A stretch of DNA of 64,000 nucleotides from Lama guanicoe (taxonomy: Eukaryota). Positions 25,157 to 38,950 of this stretch are shown one piece after another (within the stretch, counting starts at the first letter, position 1; each line of letters starts with the position of its first letter). Where the stretch lies: the NCBI GenBank assembly GCA_013239625.1, contig MU053561.1, positions 3,426,283 to 3,490,282 on the forward strand, given 5' to 3'. The notes under the pieces are model-generated. The model did not search any database, had not been told where the DNA came from, and saw nothing but the letters and a program-made list of their open reading frames with translations. The position numbers and the translations under genes are program-made.

Positions 25157-28100
25157 AGACAATCATGCAGTCTTGTGAATAAAGACAGTTTTACTTCTTC
25201 CTTTCCAATTTGGAGACTTCTAATTTCTTTTTACTGCCTTATTGCATTTGCTAGTAATTTCAGTACAGTGTTCCACAGAAGTGGCAAGAATGGATATCCC
25301 TGCCTTTTTCCCTGATCTTAGGGAACAAGCATTTAGTTTTTCACCATTTAATGTGATGTTAGTTGTAGATTTTTCTTTATCAGGTTAAAGAAACTTCTAC
25401 TTCTAGTTGCTGCTAGTTTCTGTAACGAATGGGTGTTGAATTCTGACAAATGTTCTTTCTACTTGTATTGAAATGATAGTATAATTCTTTTTTTCCTTTT
25501 TGGTCTTTTAATAATTAACGGTGATTGGCTTTTGAATGTTAAACCAACCTTGCGCTTGCTGGATAACCCCTGCTTGGTGGTCACAATGTATTACCCTTTT
25601 TATTCATTGCTGGATTCAATTTGCTAATATTTACTTAAGGATTTTTACATCTAAATTAATGAAGAATGCTGTTATATAGTTTTCTCGGAATGTCTTTGTT
25701 TGGTCTTAGTATCAGGGTAATTGCTGGCCTCACAGACTGGGCTGGAAGAGTTATTTCCTCTTTTTTGTATTTTTTGGAAGAATGTGTAGGATTATATTAC
25801 TTCTTCCTTAACGTGTTTCATAATTTACCACGGAACTTATCTGGGCCCGGAATTCTCTTTGTGAGAATGTTTTAAACTACCAATTACATTTCTTTACTGG
25901 ATATAGGGCTATTCAGGTTATCTATTTTTTGAGTACCTTTTGGTAGTTGGTCTCTTACACGGAATTTATCTATTTTGTCTAAGTTGAATTCATTGGTATA
26001 AAAACGCTGATTAACATTCCTTTACAAATACCTACAGCGTCTATAGTCATGTCCCTCTTTCAGTCCTGATACTGGTAATTTGTGTCTTCTCTCTTTTTCC
26101 TTTATTAGTTTGGCTAGAGATTTATTGATTTTATTGATCTCAACAATCAGCTTTTGGTTTCATTGATTTTTCTATTATTTTCCTGTTTTTATTTCATTGA
26201 TTTTGCTCTTATATTTATTATTTCCTTCCTTCTGCTTCCTTTGCATCTAATTTGTCACTTAAAATAAACCTGTCTTTTATTTTCTTAAGGGAAAGCTTGG
26301 ATCATTGATTTTAAACCTCTTTTTCCTGATATATTTTTAGATTATATATATAAACCTCCCCTGAAGCACTGTTTTACTGCATCCCACAGAGTTGATATGT
26401 TATACCTTAATTATTGTTTAATTTAAAACATTTTCTAATTTCCTTTGTGATTTCTTCTTTGACCCTTGCGTTTTTAGAAGACTGTTTTTTAAAATCCAAA
26501 TATTTAAGGATTTTTCTGATATCTTTCTCTTACTGATTTCTAGTTTAATTCCATTCTGGTCTAAGAACTTATTTTTGCAAGATTTCAATCCTTTTAAATT
26601 TATTGAAACTTGTTTTCTGGCCCAGAACATGGTCTCTCTTGGTAAATGTTCTGGATGTACTTCAGATGAAACACCTACTCTTCTGTTTTAGGGTAGTGTG
26701 TTTCACAAATGTCAATGAGGTCATGTTGACTGTTCAAGTCTCCACAACCTTAATTCTTTTCTGTCTACTTTTTCTATCAATTATTGAGAGAACATACTGA
26801 AATATCCAACTATAATGCTGAGTTTGTCTATTTCTCCTTTCAATTCTATCCATTTTGTTTCCTGTCCTCTGAATCTATTATCAGATGTATACACAATCAG
26901 GACTGTAACGTCTGCTTGATGAACTGACCACTTTCTCATTATGTGTTTACAGTCTCCATAAATCTGGAAAGCAGGTGAGCATCATTTCTGCAAACAGCTT
27001 TTCTTTACTTCCTCCTCCTTAGGTTCTAATGGCACACATGCTGGGCTTAGTGTTGTCCTACGACTTTTGTTTGGTTCATTCTGGAGTTTCTTCTGTTAGG
27101 TCTTTCTCACGGATCTTCTGTAGTTAATCTCATTCACTGCATTTTATTTTTCATACAATGTATGTTTCATCTCTAGATGTTACGTATCTTTTTTCATATC
27201 TTCTGTTTCTCTGCTCATTGTGATCATGCTTTCTTCTATCTTCTTAAACAAATGGCGTATATATGTAATAGATGTTTTAAGGTTCCTATCTCCTCACTGT
27301 GTATTATCTGTGTCACTTTTGGTTTTGTTTCTATTGACCTCTCTCCTGGCTTTTCCCACTTATTTGCACGCCTGGTAATACTGACTGGATGTCATAGCTG
27401 TGACTGTTACACGGTTAAGTTCTGAATTTTATTGTATTCCTTTGAACACGGTTGTTCTTTCTCCTGGAATGCAGTTAAGTTACTTGGAATCACTTAATCC
27501 TCTGAATTTTTTAAGCACGTTTAAGGCAAGCAGAGAACAGCCTACAGCGCTGGGCTACTTTGACGCAGAAGGTCTCTACCCAACGTTCCACTTGTGGCTG
27601 AAGAGAACACAAACCAGGCACGGCCCGAGGTCCCCAAAATTGTTCCACCTGCTCCCTTCTGGTGGCCCTCTCCCCAGCCTCAGTAGCTTCCTCAAATGCA
27701 TGCACAGATCAGTAAGCAGCCAAAGACTCGCAGGCCCCTTCAGCGATCTCTGGAGTTCTTCCTCTGTATATCTTCCTCCTCTCCAGAATTTTGTGCCGCA
27801 AATCCTGCCATTTTGACCTCCCCAAGCTTTACTATCTGTCTCCTCAATTCTGTAAGAGCACCAGGATTCACCAGGCTCCAAGCCCCCTCTGTGCACTGTG
27901 GCCTGGAGACTCGAGCTCGGGCACTCCTGAGGCCCCCTTTTGTTTTCCTTTCTCTCAGGGATCCCTTCTGTCCGCTGCAGCCTGTTGTCCAGTGTCTGCA
28001 AATCAGTGTTTCTTACATTTTGTCTGGTTTTATAGTTGTTTTAAAACAGGAGACTAGCTGGTCTCCATTACTATCCTAGCCTGTTAAAATGACAGTTCCT

Positions 28101-28634
28101 GCAGCATGCTATTGTCAACACTCATATGGCACCTTCTGTCTTTTATTGTTTTTATTTTTGTTTCTGTTTTTATGGATCATTCACTTTCCTCACTAGACTG
28201 TAAACCCTTTGAGGCCCAGAGCTAGGTCTTAATTATGAACAGTGCCCCACATATACCAGGCCCTTTAAAAGTCAAATGACTAAAGAATGGGCAGGCGAGG
28301 CTGAACACAGAAACGAGGTATGAAGGTTCTGCTAGAGCTGAGTTTGAGGACACCCCCTGTTTATCCAGTCATGTGCTGGGACTTCCTGGTATTCAAATCC
28401 TCTGGTAGAATCACAACCACCAGAAACTTCCTTGCCAACCTCCTGGCCCAGTGCACCCTGACACGCCAGGTTCTCGAACCCTGGCTAATTCCCAGCAGGC
28501 CTGCCCACTGGAGAGTTAAGAATGGGCCCAAATCAGGCAGCATTAATTCCCTAAGGCTACAGCTTCACCATATGCAATAAATACTTTGGTCCTAAAACTC
28601 TAAGAGGGCAAACCAGCATTTCCCAAAGAGTACT

Positions 28635-28820
28635 GACTTTAGAGTCAGAGAGACCTGGAATCTAAATCCCAGGTGTGCTGCTTACTCACTGTGCAACTCT
28701 GGACAAGTTGCTTGACCTACCTGAGCTTTAATTTCCTTAAGAAATGGGGATAATATGTAATACCATCTACATATTTGGAGAACCCAGCACATAGCCAACA
28801 CTTAATAAGTGCTCGCCAGT
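28635..28820 (+). mobile_element. MIR relic
   Basis: ttagagtcagagagacctgg...cttactcactgtgcaactctggacaagttgcttgacc...aataagtgctc. Confidence 0.7.
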
Positions 28821-31273
28821 ATTGCAGCTTAATTAGGAACCTTCAAGAAAGGATAGAGACAAGGTAAAATGTTTAATGACCAATCTGTGGAAAAAATTAG
28901 CGACCACTCGGTAACACTGCTCCCAGGGGAGACCATTTACTCAGAGGCCAACCATGGTGCAAATATGTACTGAATAGGGCACTTTTGTCTAATAATTACC
29001 AACCACAGGCTGAGGAATGCCAACCAGTCTATTTTCTGGCTTCCTGGCTATCTCTTACAGCAGCATGCCTCTGTGCCTCAGATGCAGAGGACCACCATCA
29101 TATGCAGATGCTGAAAAAGAGTTTACAGGTGGCGGGACACCTAAGTTGGCAGAAAGGAGAGAGTGAATGCACGTTTGGTGGGGAAAAGTGAGGGCAAATG
29201 AGCATACAAAGCAGTGAGAAAATGAGTGGTCACCAAGCTCACACGAGATGTTAATAGGATTTTTCAAACTACTAGGTCTCTCTCTTAATATATACTCATC
29301 AGATCTTTCATAACAGGTAGCTTAAAGCTCAGAACTTTGAAAAAATTGAGATTTAAAAGAAAGCTATCAAAATATATTAAACAGTAAAGATGAAAGGTTC
29401 AAAGAAAGTTTAAAGAACAAATATTTTTTATCTCAAGGAAGAGAAGATTCAGGAATAGTTAGATGACACCCTGCAAGCAGAGAAAGGATTATGCAAAAAA
29501 AAAAAGGGGGGGGTGACCATCTGCTCTCTATCTCTAGTGATGAATAAAATGAAAGGAAATGGGCTCAGTTGTAGTGGAAGAGGATGATTCTAACATTCTA
29601 ATGGCTATTAAAAATAGAAACAATTTGCTAAGGGACATGGTGGAATTTCTTTCCCCGGAAATCTTCAAAAATAGATAGGCATCCACTTTCGTGAGTATGA
29701 CAGAGGAATCATGTTCCGAGGCACATCTGTGGGCGTCTGTAAAACACTCAGCTGTGCTGTGCTTGTTACTCAGGGTCCACCAGGGGCTCAGTCGACAAGG
29801 GGCTCACGCTGCACTCTTCAGACAGACCGGAAGTGAGCAGAGAGTGATGGCCGGTCTGGACGGGAGACCCTGGATCTGCTCTCCCTTTGGGTTTGTGTAG
29901 AAAGGGCCATGTGCGGAGTCCTAAGGTGTGGGTCACCTGCAGTACAGATGTGTGGCGGTGAGGAAAGACATGAACTGGCCCGGCCTGCAGGGGAGTGACA
30001 GCTTACAGGTGAGGTAGAGAGTAACAAGGAGAAGCCTCTCTCTATAGGTGACAAACAGAACACCGGGGTATTATGGTAGAAAACAACGGAATTTCCAGGT
30101 TGTCTCTGAAAAACAGAATCTGCTGAACCACAAGCCCATTAAGGTCTTGTCCCAGACAAACTGAACGGGGCACATAGTTGTGCAAGCCCACGGCAGGCCA
30201 GCAGCTGAGGAGTTTCTCCTTTTCCTGGCACTAGCACAGGCAACAATTTCCTAAGAGGTAAGAAACAGGCAAACTTACTGAATTCTCTAGTTTCCAGGAT
30301 TCCATGAAAATCACTATGAGGCTGTTCTAAATACTGAGTAAAATCCGAACTAGTGATTTAAGGCACAGAACTTGGGGCAGCAGCCAACAGCACGGCAGGT
30401 GTACTGGAGGGTCGCAGAACGATTCACATGGCCTCGGAGTCTTCAGTGAGACGCTAGTACAGCTGACCCTCAAGGAGTGGTGATCGCTGAAGGAGCACTT
30501 GATACGTGATGTGCTCCAATGGGAAACGAATCTGTGACGACCCACCCTTACTGTTGAACATGACTGCTAAAGCCACAGTTCTCAGTGCAACAGCGAGCAT
30601 GGCTCAGCTGCATGAGTGTGAAAAAGAGGTTGAGAAGCAGCACCAGTTACAGAATTTCTACAGAAGCACAGGAGTCATGTTAGATGGGGTGCCAAAGGGA
30701 CCTTTTTTGACGCTGCGTTTGCATAGCAAAGCCACAAATTTAAAATCAGCAACTTTCCTGTGGATGTTTTGTTCACACTTTACATAAGACTGAGAAAAGG
30801 TTGATTGTCACTGTTGCTGTTGTCCTATTAGGGCGCCCTGGGAATGCTGGTGGAGATACCGAGGGGTGCCAAAGTCACCTCTGAGAACCAGTGCCTCTCA
30901 TCCCCAGTCTCGTGATTGGCTGGAATGAGGAGAGCAATCTGCAGCCTTGGACGGAGTTCCTTTCTGTGCAGAACTAAATGGTCCTCATCATCATCAGATA
31001 AACAACTCTCACATCACCAGGACTGCAGTCCAGACACCCCAGATGGTAGCTTAATCGCCTGAAAGAATTAATAGTGCACCTCTAAGCACATTATTCACCC
31101 GGAGAATAGTTCAGGCAATGGAGAGAATCTGGCCCATTGTAGCCCACACAATTGCTAAATAATATGCAATCACAGAAATGAAGCATGGCATATGGTAATC
31201 TCTCCACTATATTGAGATTCATTGTAATAAAAGTGCTGTTCAAAACCCTCACGGAGAAATTAGAAAGGCCTAC

Positions 31274-31359
31274 CTTTCTTTTCTGGAAGAAACATGACAA
31301 TAAGACAAGCCAGTCCTCCCAGGCACAGAAATGCTGCTAATGTCCGCTTCCGACCAAAC
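31274..31359 (-). CDS. SLC22A15: SLC22A15 exon 8 ([29 protein letters not shown])
   Basis: Translated by hand. ttag| acceptor, |gtaggc donor, 86 nt, phase 2->1; second GRK loop motif. Confidence 0.94.
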
Positions 31360-31609
31360 CTAAATAATACAGAGACATTCATGTTTCTCTTGAGAATCTT
31401 ATCAATTCATCCCCGCCATCTCCCCAGCCTTCCTTTTTAAAAGCCCTCAGTTTCATTAGATATGCATCTTTTCTCAAGGAGTGAGTGGCAAATGCGACTG
31501 ACCAGGCCGTAAGATTAGCAATCATCACAAAACAAAGGAAAACTTGCTGGTCGGCAGGATTAAATGGTGTGTGCAGGAAAAGAACATAGAATCGTTCTAC
31601 CTATTTCTG

Positions 31610-32170
31610 TGAGTGTTTACTATGGTCCAGGCACAGTCGGAAACATTTTCTATTATCTTACTTCATGCTAATAATAAACCTGCTGTAAGGCACGTGCTGT
31701 CATATTCTCCATCTTCTAGAGAATAAAACTGAAACCCGGAGAAAGGAATTTTCTAGCTCACTTCATTCTTTGGTTACTTGCAGCTCAAGCAGTTAAAACT
31801 TTAAACACACCCCTCTTTCTCTTAAAAATATAAACAGAAAGGAATTTCTTGTTAGTATGTCAGAATGAAGTGAAATATATTGCACACTTTATTGGGAGAA
31901 ATAATTTTCAACTACGAGCTCTAGACTTGGAAGAAAGTCATGGACATTAACAAGCTTGCCTTTCCTAGGGGCTGGCAACGTGCCAGGTCCTGTTAGGAGC
32001 GTCAGTATTTCTTGTCATTTTTATAACAATTTTGCCAGGGGAATCTTACAATCCCTGGTGTAGAGAAAACTCCATGGAGGCTTAGTTTTATGACTGTGAG
32101 AAGTGACCTCACTAACACGTTGTTAGGACTAGATTTGGACTCAGGTCTGCCTGATCCCCAAGCAGTGTTC
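31610..32170 (-). mobile_element. MIR fragments (about 31610-31760 and 31970-32170)
   Basis: gagtgtttactatggtccaggcac...aaaactga; gatttggactcaggtctgcctga. Confidence 0.55.
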
Positions 32171-32974
32171 CTTCCCTCTGCTTGAGATTTTAATCCTGAC
32201 TCTGGTGGCGGTGGCTGGGAGACAGGAAAGGACCTGAGGCTCCAGGTCACTGTGCATAATATCACAGTTGGTGTGAATGCTTTCCAAGTGACAGGTGCTG
32301 GGCTAGGCAGGCACTAGGGACACAAGGACATACAGAACACCCACACGGACAGTATCCTTCTAACACTGTATGTGGTCCTCCGAGGTGAGCATAGGAAGCT
32401 GCAACCGGAGACACCTGAGAGGTATCTGGCACACTGGGGATGCTGGGGACAGATTTCTGAGTATGCTGCCTGATTCAGGTCTTGGACCATGATGAGAGCA
32501 TGCTCAGTCACTAATAGAGGGATGGGCAGAGGCAACTGAGATCACCTCCCAGAGAAAAGCCCTTCAACTGAAGAGACTCCAAATCTGCCTTTCAGATGCG
32601 CTAACCTCAACACCCATGACAACAGCATCCAGTGAAATGCTAGAGGAATGCCATTTTTGGTAGAAATTATGATTTCTGGAGAATGAGAAATGGCATTATC
32701 CAACTGATTCCTAGCTCACACAGAACAGGATTTTTATAATTGCCCTGGTCAGGGGTTCAATGACAGAAGGAATCTGAAAAAAAACCAACAAAAGCATGCT
32801 CTATCAAAGAACTTTTTAAAAATATTTTTAAACAGTGCCCACCGACAATGAGCAGCAAAAGCAGGATTATCATTCCCCTCAGCACAGTCAAGTGGGTTTT
32901 AAGAGGAAAGAAAAGTCTTTCTAGTTCCTCTAGTTTTTTGTCTTGTATAAGAGCGTCTAAATGATAGTGATTGG

Positions 32975-33440
32975 AAACGAATGAAATCATGCCATTTGCA
33001 GCAACATGGATGGACCTAGAGACGATCATTCTAAGTGAAGTAAGTCAGACAGAGAAGGACAGATATCACATGATATCATTTACATGTGGAATCTAAAAAA
33101 AGATACAAATTTTATTTACAAACCAGAAATAGATTTGGGGGCACAGAAAACAAACTATGCTTACCAGAGAGGAAGGGTGAGGGGAGGAATAAATTAGGAG
33201 TCTGGGATTAACAGGCACACATTACTTATATACAAAATAGATAAACAACAAGGACCTACTGTATAGTACAGGGCACTAGATTCACTCTCTTGTAATACGC
33301 TGTAATGGAAAAGAATCTGAAAATATATACACACACATATATATATGTACACACATAAATGGATGTATACATGTAATTGAATCGCTTTGCTGTACACCTG
33401 AAACTAACACTATAAATCAAGTATACTTCAATTTAAAAAA
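32975..33440 (+). mobile_element. L1 3' end (cetartiodactyl-type)
   Basis: atgccatttgcagcaacatggatggacctagag...tatacttcaatt plus A tail; TSD aaatga(t/c)agtgattgg at 32959-32974 and 33441-33456. Confidence 0.9.
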
Positions 33441-33768
33441 AAATGACAGTGATTGGGTTGATGGAGTTCTATCGATGTGGAGCCAATAACCCCATCTGTT
33501 GATACGAACATCACACACAGACTGCTCAGAAACAGTCAAGTGGTAATGTCTTTTCATATTGGATTGAAAACCTAAATAAATACTCATAAACTTGAAGCCC
33601 AAGAATTACCACACTAAAAAATGAATTGTTACTGTGTTTGATCCGAAAAGAATTCTAATCACCACGGAGTATTTGGCAGATGGACAAAGACAATGATATC
33701 TAGGTAATGACGTATGTTAGAGTGTGTGTGTGCTCTATACAGTGTACTTCATACCCACCCATACTCAC

Positions 33769-33909
33769 CATTTTTGGTTAATCAAGTAGATGCAGACAGG
33801 GTAAGACGGAATCTCTATGAGGCCGGACAGGGCCAAGTTGACATAAATATTTCCACCTAGATCGCCTGCACTCAGGGTTAGGCCGTAATACACCAAGCTG
33901 CACACAAAC
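33769..33909 (-). CDS. SLC22A15: SLC22A15 exon 7 ([47 protein letters not shown])
   Basis: Within ORF 33765..34013. gcag| acceptor, |gtgagt donor, 141 nt, phase 2->2. Confidence 0.95.
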
Positions 33910-34708
33910 CTGCAATTGGGGGCAAAAGACAAGAAAGAAAGACAACAGAAAAGCACGTAAGAATTTGCCAGAGAAGATTCAAATACTGGTTTAAACAATG
34001 CCACTTGTCTCAAGTAGTAAGTTTGACTCTCCCACTGACCTTTCTATCCTAATATAATTTCTATACTAGGACAAAATAAAAAATAAAGAGGCCTTGAAAG
34101 TGATTTGAGCTCCGTCCGAATGCTCTATAATAAAGCAAATGAGTGGTCAGCTTCTGACAGAGGAGACATTGTGCTTTCATCAGGCAATTCTGCATTTAAT
34201 AGAGGACAATGATTCTACTCTTATTTTATCTAATTCAATAATTTACAGAACATTTGCCTAAGGCAACTGTTATGATATTATCAAAATGACTCGAGAAAAG
34301 CACTCCCGTGTAGAAAGCCAACAGAAGATGGCACTGAGCACACACGCTGGTAAGTGCCTGAGTCATCAGGGGGTTGCCTGCCAGCCAGAGTGACCGGGAC
34401 TCCAACCGCTGACCAGGTTCTCATCCCCTCCCGGCATTCAGCAGGTGCACATGCTACAGACACCCGTAACAGGAAAAAGAAGACGAGGGCCAGGACAGAG
34501 GCAGGATCCTCTGAGAGGAGCAAAGCTATTCATCTGTTTTGCACACCACTGCTGAAACACTGCGGGAATGCCTCCTGGGTGGGAGGCACTGTGCTGGGTA
34601 TGGTGCCTACGTCCCACAGGAACTTAGGAGCCCAGGAGCTAAGCTGGACAGAGGGCCATCCTAAAGCCCCAGACTGGAACAGGAACTTGGTCTAGAGTGA
34701 GGGGAATA

Positions 34709-35205
34709 TAGTGGTCCCTGCTTAGCCACAGGGGATACATTCCAACTCCCCCAGTGGATGCCTGCAACCATGGATACTACCGAATCCTATATGTATGTTT
34801 TTTTTCTAGACATACACCTGTGATTAATTTTAACTTATAAATTAAGCACAGTAAAAGAACATTCGAATTGCTGGCATCACTACTCTTCTGCTTTGGGGCC
34901 ATTAGTAAGTAAAATAAAGGTGACTTGGACACAAGCACTGTGATACCGGGATAGTCAGTCTGGTAAGAGAGATGGCAACTAAGTGACTGACAGGCAGGAT
35001 ATGCTGGACGAGGGGATGGTTCACGTCCCGGGTGGGACAGGGTGCGGAGGTGTGAGATTTCGTCATGCTACTCAGAGTGGCATGCAATTTAAAACTTAGG
35101 AGTTTTTTCCTTCTGGAATTTTCTATTGAATAGTGTTGGACTGCAGTTGACCTCGGGTGACTGAAATCACAGAAAGCAAAACCGCAGATGAGGGAGGAAC
35201 TACTG
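34709..35205. mobile_element. MER44/Tigger7-like TcMar non-autonomous DNA transposon
   Basis: Degenerate TIRs (tagtggtccctgcttagcc / gcagatgagggaggaactactg), TA at the left flank, internal cccccagtggatgcctg...taccgaatcctata. Confidence 0.8.
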
Positions 35206-38006
35206 TGATAGGAACTTCTGTGTCTAGGAAACTGCATAATTAAAAATAAAATAAACTAGGCTAGAACAAACGAAAATACACCCTGACACCAGGCTTTGCT
35301 AGTAGACGAATACATTTTGCAAACCATGAACTTCTATACAAACAGTAAAACACGTGGGCTTTGCAAGTTCATCAGTTTTTACAACGCATTTTGACAAGTG
35401 TTTATTTCGGGGAAATTCCCATTTGCTTCCCTTGTCCTTAGAAAAAGTCCAAAGAGCTGTGACTCTGAAGCGACCAACAGGAAAAGCAAAGCTTTGTTTC
35501 CATCTCTGCCAAAGCAGCGAAGTGGGCCAAGTGCCCTGGGCTATTAAGAATGGGCCACAGGAACCAAGGAGAGCGATGGGGAGGGAAGAGGGCCCCCTGG
35601 AGCTGAATTGCTTAGTGATTCATCTCCCTCTGGCAAAGGAGCCAGGGCAGCAGCTACTTCCCATTACTTCTTCTTGGGCAGAGCTGTCACTCACACGCTA
35701 AGGAAGATGAGCAGAGTCGTCGCAGGGACATCACGGTTAAGGATGCAAGTTGACCCTGAGTTTGTCTGTGTTCTCTGTCCCCTAGCACTTTGCCTGTGAG
35801 CAGCAGGCTAAACAAATTAAAATTCTTTTCTAAAATATTTTAAAAAATCCTTTCCATCTGCAGTAGAGACCCTCCTCTTACATGACACTATTGCTAACGT
35901 GTTGTCTGTGTTAGTGCGTATCTACTCTGCGTCTAAAATAGAAATCCCAGGGAAGTAATTCCAGCCATGGAAACACACATGCATAGTTAAACCAGGCTGT
36001 GACGGTGGCAAGTGGGGCACAAATGAACAAAGCCAGTTCAAGACACTTGAGGAATTCAGTTACCAGCTGGTGGAGAGGGAGAGTGGATGGGGAGCACATA
36101 GGCAAGGAGGACTCTGGTCCCAAGGAGAGGACTCTGCTCGCAAGACTCCTTGATGGTACAGTTGGTCGTCGGGATGAATAATTACAGCTATTAAAATCAT
36201 TCCAATCCTCTTTATGGGCCCCAAACAAAATTTAAAATGCTTGCATAATATTTAACAGTATATTTAGGGCATCAAAGAACTATTTAAGAAGGCACTACTG
36301 TGGGAAATAACCAAAGGAACAGATGTTAAACACAGAGGTATAATTTTCGTCCCCAGTTAAGGCTTTCTTCAATGACAGATCCACAGAAAGGATTTTAGAA
36401 TTTTATGGCATCTTCAAAGAGAACGGCAGTATGTGGAATGACATTGTCTCTGTTATTGCCTGTTTTAACATTATGAGCCCAGGGGGAAGAAGTTTATTTG
36501 AGAAGAGTTTATTTGGCTGTGTGTAAGACATGAAATAAAAAGGAACATTCTCCCTGGCTCTAAGTCTGGTTTGTTTGTTTGTTCTTTATCCCCTGAAGGT
36601 CAGAATCTAAAAGTTAACATTTCTGGAAAAAAAAAAAACCCTTAAAAACAATAAGTGAATAATACCTAAGAAGTAAATGCTTCCTCCAAGGCAGAGGGTT
36701 TGACTGTCTACAAGACACGCAAATGCAGTTTTGTGGAGCCTTAAGTACCAGAACATACTTTGTAAGTTTTTACTTTACAATTGGTAGAACCTTCGATTAG
36801 CAGGTCCTACGCTGTGTTGCCAGGTTGGGCTTATAAAGGCTCTCTGAACTTCCATGCTTCCAAGCCTGTGTCCTTCATTCCACACTTCTATGCATTTGTG
36901 ATTCTCCAGCACTGTGCTGGCTCGGTGGGGAAGCCAGCAGCTGGCGTGACCTGGCCCCTAACAATACAGGTGGCAGCCAGGGTTTAGCAGGGTAGGGAAA
37001 GAATCGTGATACAGAAAGCTATCTTTGTGCCTTTTTTATTCTCAATCTACTCTTCGTTTTTGCTTTATTTATGTGATCACTTTCATATGAAATGACTCTC
37101 CTTTATCCCCATGCGAAAATGTAGGTTTCCATGCAGCCTTCTTGGCAAATCCTTGCAAACCAGAGCACAGCAGTCCTTTAAGCCAGTAAATATGATGTTC
37201 ATGTCCAAGCCTGGACCAAGTTATGCTCATGGCACTTTGGCAGAACGAATAATATTAAGACACATGTGTGCTCCACATAGTTTAAGTATTGCCCTTCCAT
37301 TTCTCCCCTTTCCACAATTTTATTCCTCAAATGGAACCATCTTGAACCATTCAGTGCAATTTACATTAACACTGAGAGCATTTTGAGGTCAGAATGAGCC
37401 AAACTAGAAAATCAGGTTCAGAGAGTGCTAATCTGTTCATTCATTGATGCGCACACACGGCTTTGAGTCTGGCCAGTCACCCTCCCAGGGTCGCACTTGT
37501 ATGAGGGATGACGTTCAGCCCACCTGAGTGAGTGAGTGGGCGGGTGGCTGGGATGTCGCACAAAATGCAACACAGGCCACTGCAATCAGAACATGCTGTC
37601 TAACTGCTGCCAAAACTGAGGGGTGAGGCTTTCAAAATCCTCCTTAGAAACCCTTCTGCCTCTGGTGTGCATGCTTGCTTTCCTTTTCTGGGGGGGCGGG
37701 GCGGGGTTTAAAAATTATACTAAATATCTAATAAGCAAAGATGTATTTCTGGTATCTACTTATTCACATTCAGTAAACCTGCTATTAGGCACCATCATTT
37801 CCTCCTTGAAAGGCAGGATGCTTGAAAGCAAGAGGTGAGCACAACGCTGAAGGGATGGAGTGGGGGAGGGGCTTGTTGCTGTGAAAACAACTTCACACTG
37901 AACAAAAGAGTGAAATCTTCTGTGACCCTGAAGAATAAACAGATTATCAGTAGACCTATAGCAACTCCGAACTGCAGCTCCACAGAACAGCCCTTAGACA
38001 GAATTA

Positions 38007-38342
<336 letters not shown>

Positions 38343-38466
38343 TCAAGGAACCGCACAACAACGAACACCCGGATGGCTGGGGAGTCAACCCCCAGCAGGC
38401 CTTGAGGCCCAAGACGGTGGGAGATTTGACTTCTAGCAGACCTTGAGCTTCATTATATATACCCAT

Positions 38467-38950
38467 TGTAATATATTAACATGGTGAATAACATGCCCAC
38501 AGGCACCATGACAGTCCAAGGCTAGTAGCCACAAAGGTCAAAAAGTAGGAAATGGCCAACTTCCTGGGAATCCCAGCCCCTTTCCCTGGGTAGTTAGACT
38601 GGTCCTTCCCCTTATTAGCATATGAAGCCACCGAGCCCATAAAAACTGTCAACACTGCCCCTCACGGCCGCCCCCTCTCTCTCCCTCTTTGGAGATGGCC
38701 CACACTCTGCCTATGGAGTGTGTACCTACTTTTACTCTAATCTGAGCACCCAACCCCCACACCTCGTGGCCTTTCTCTTGCCTTTCGTGCATGTCTCTAA
38801 ATAAATCTACCTTTACTCAACTGTGGCTGGCTCTTGAATTCTTTCTTGCGCGAAGCCAAAGACCCACACTTGGTGGGGCACGTCCTAGGGGCTCAACTGA
38901 AGCCTGGGACACGGCCCTCCTCATGGCCCACATCCGTCTTTCCTGTATCA
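38467..38950 (+). mobile_element. ERV solo LTR, antisense to SLC22A15 in intron 5
   Basis: TG...CA termini, TATA-like cataaaaa near 38638, AATAAA at 38800-38805, U5-like gaattctttcttgcgcgaagccaa; imperfect 4-bp TSD ccat/ccct. Confidence 0.8.

Larger units (their letters stand above)
22725..28080 (-). mobile_element. Long degraded L1 (L1MB/MC-like; 3' UTR, ORF2 and 5' remnants), interrupted by an LTR and a SINE
   Basis: Continuous antisense L1 text; ORF 26418..26630 retains ORF2 endonuclease-like residues (DQNGIKLEIS). Confidence 0.85.
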
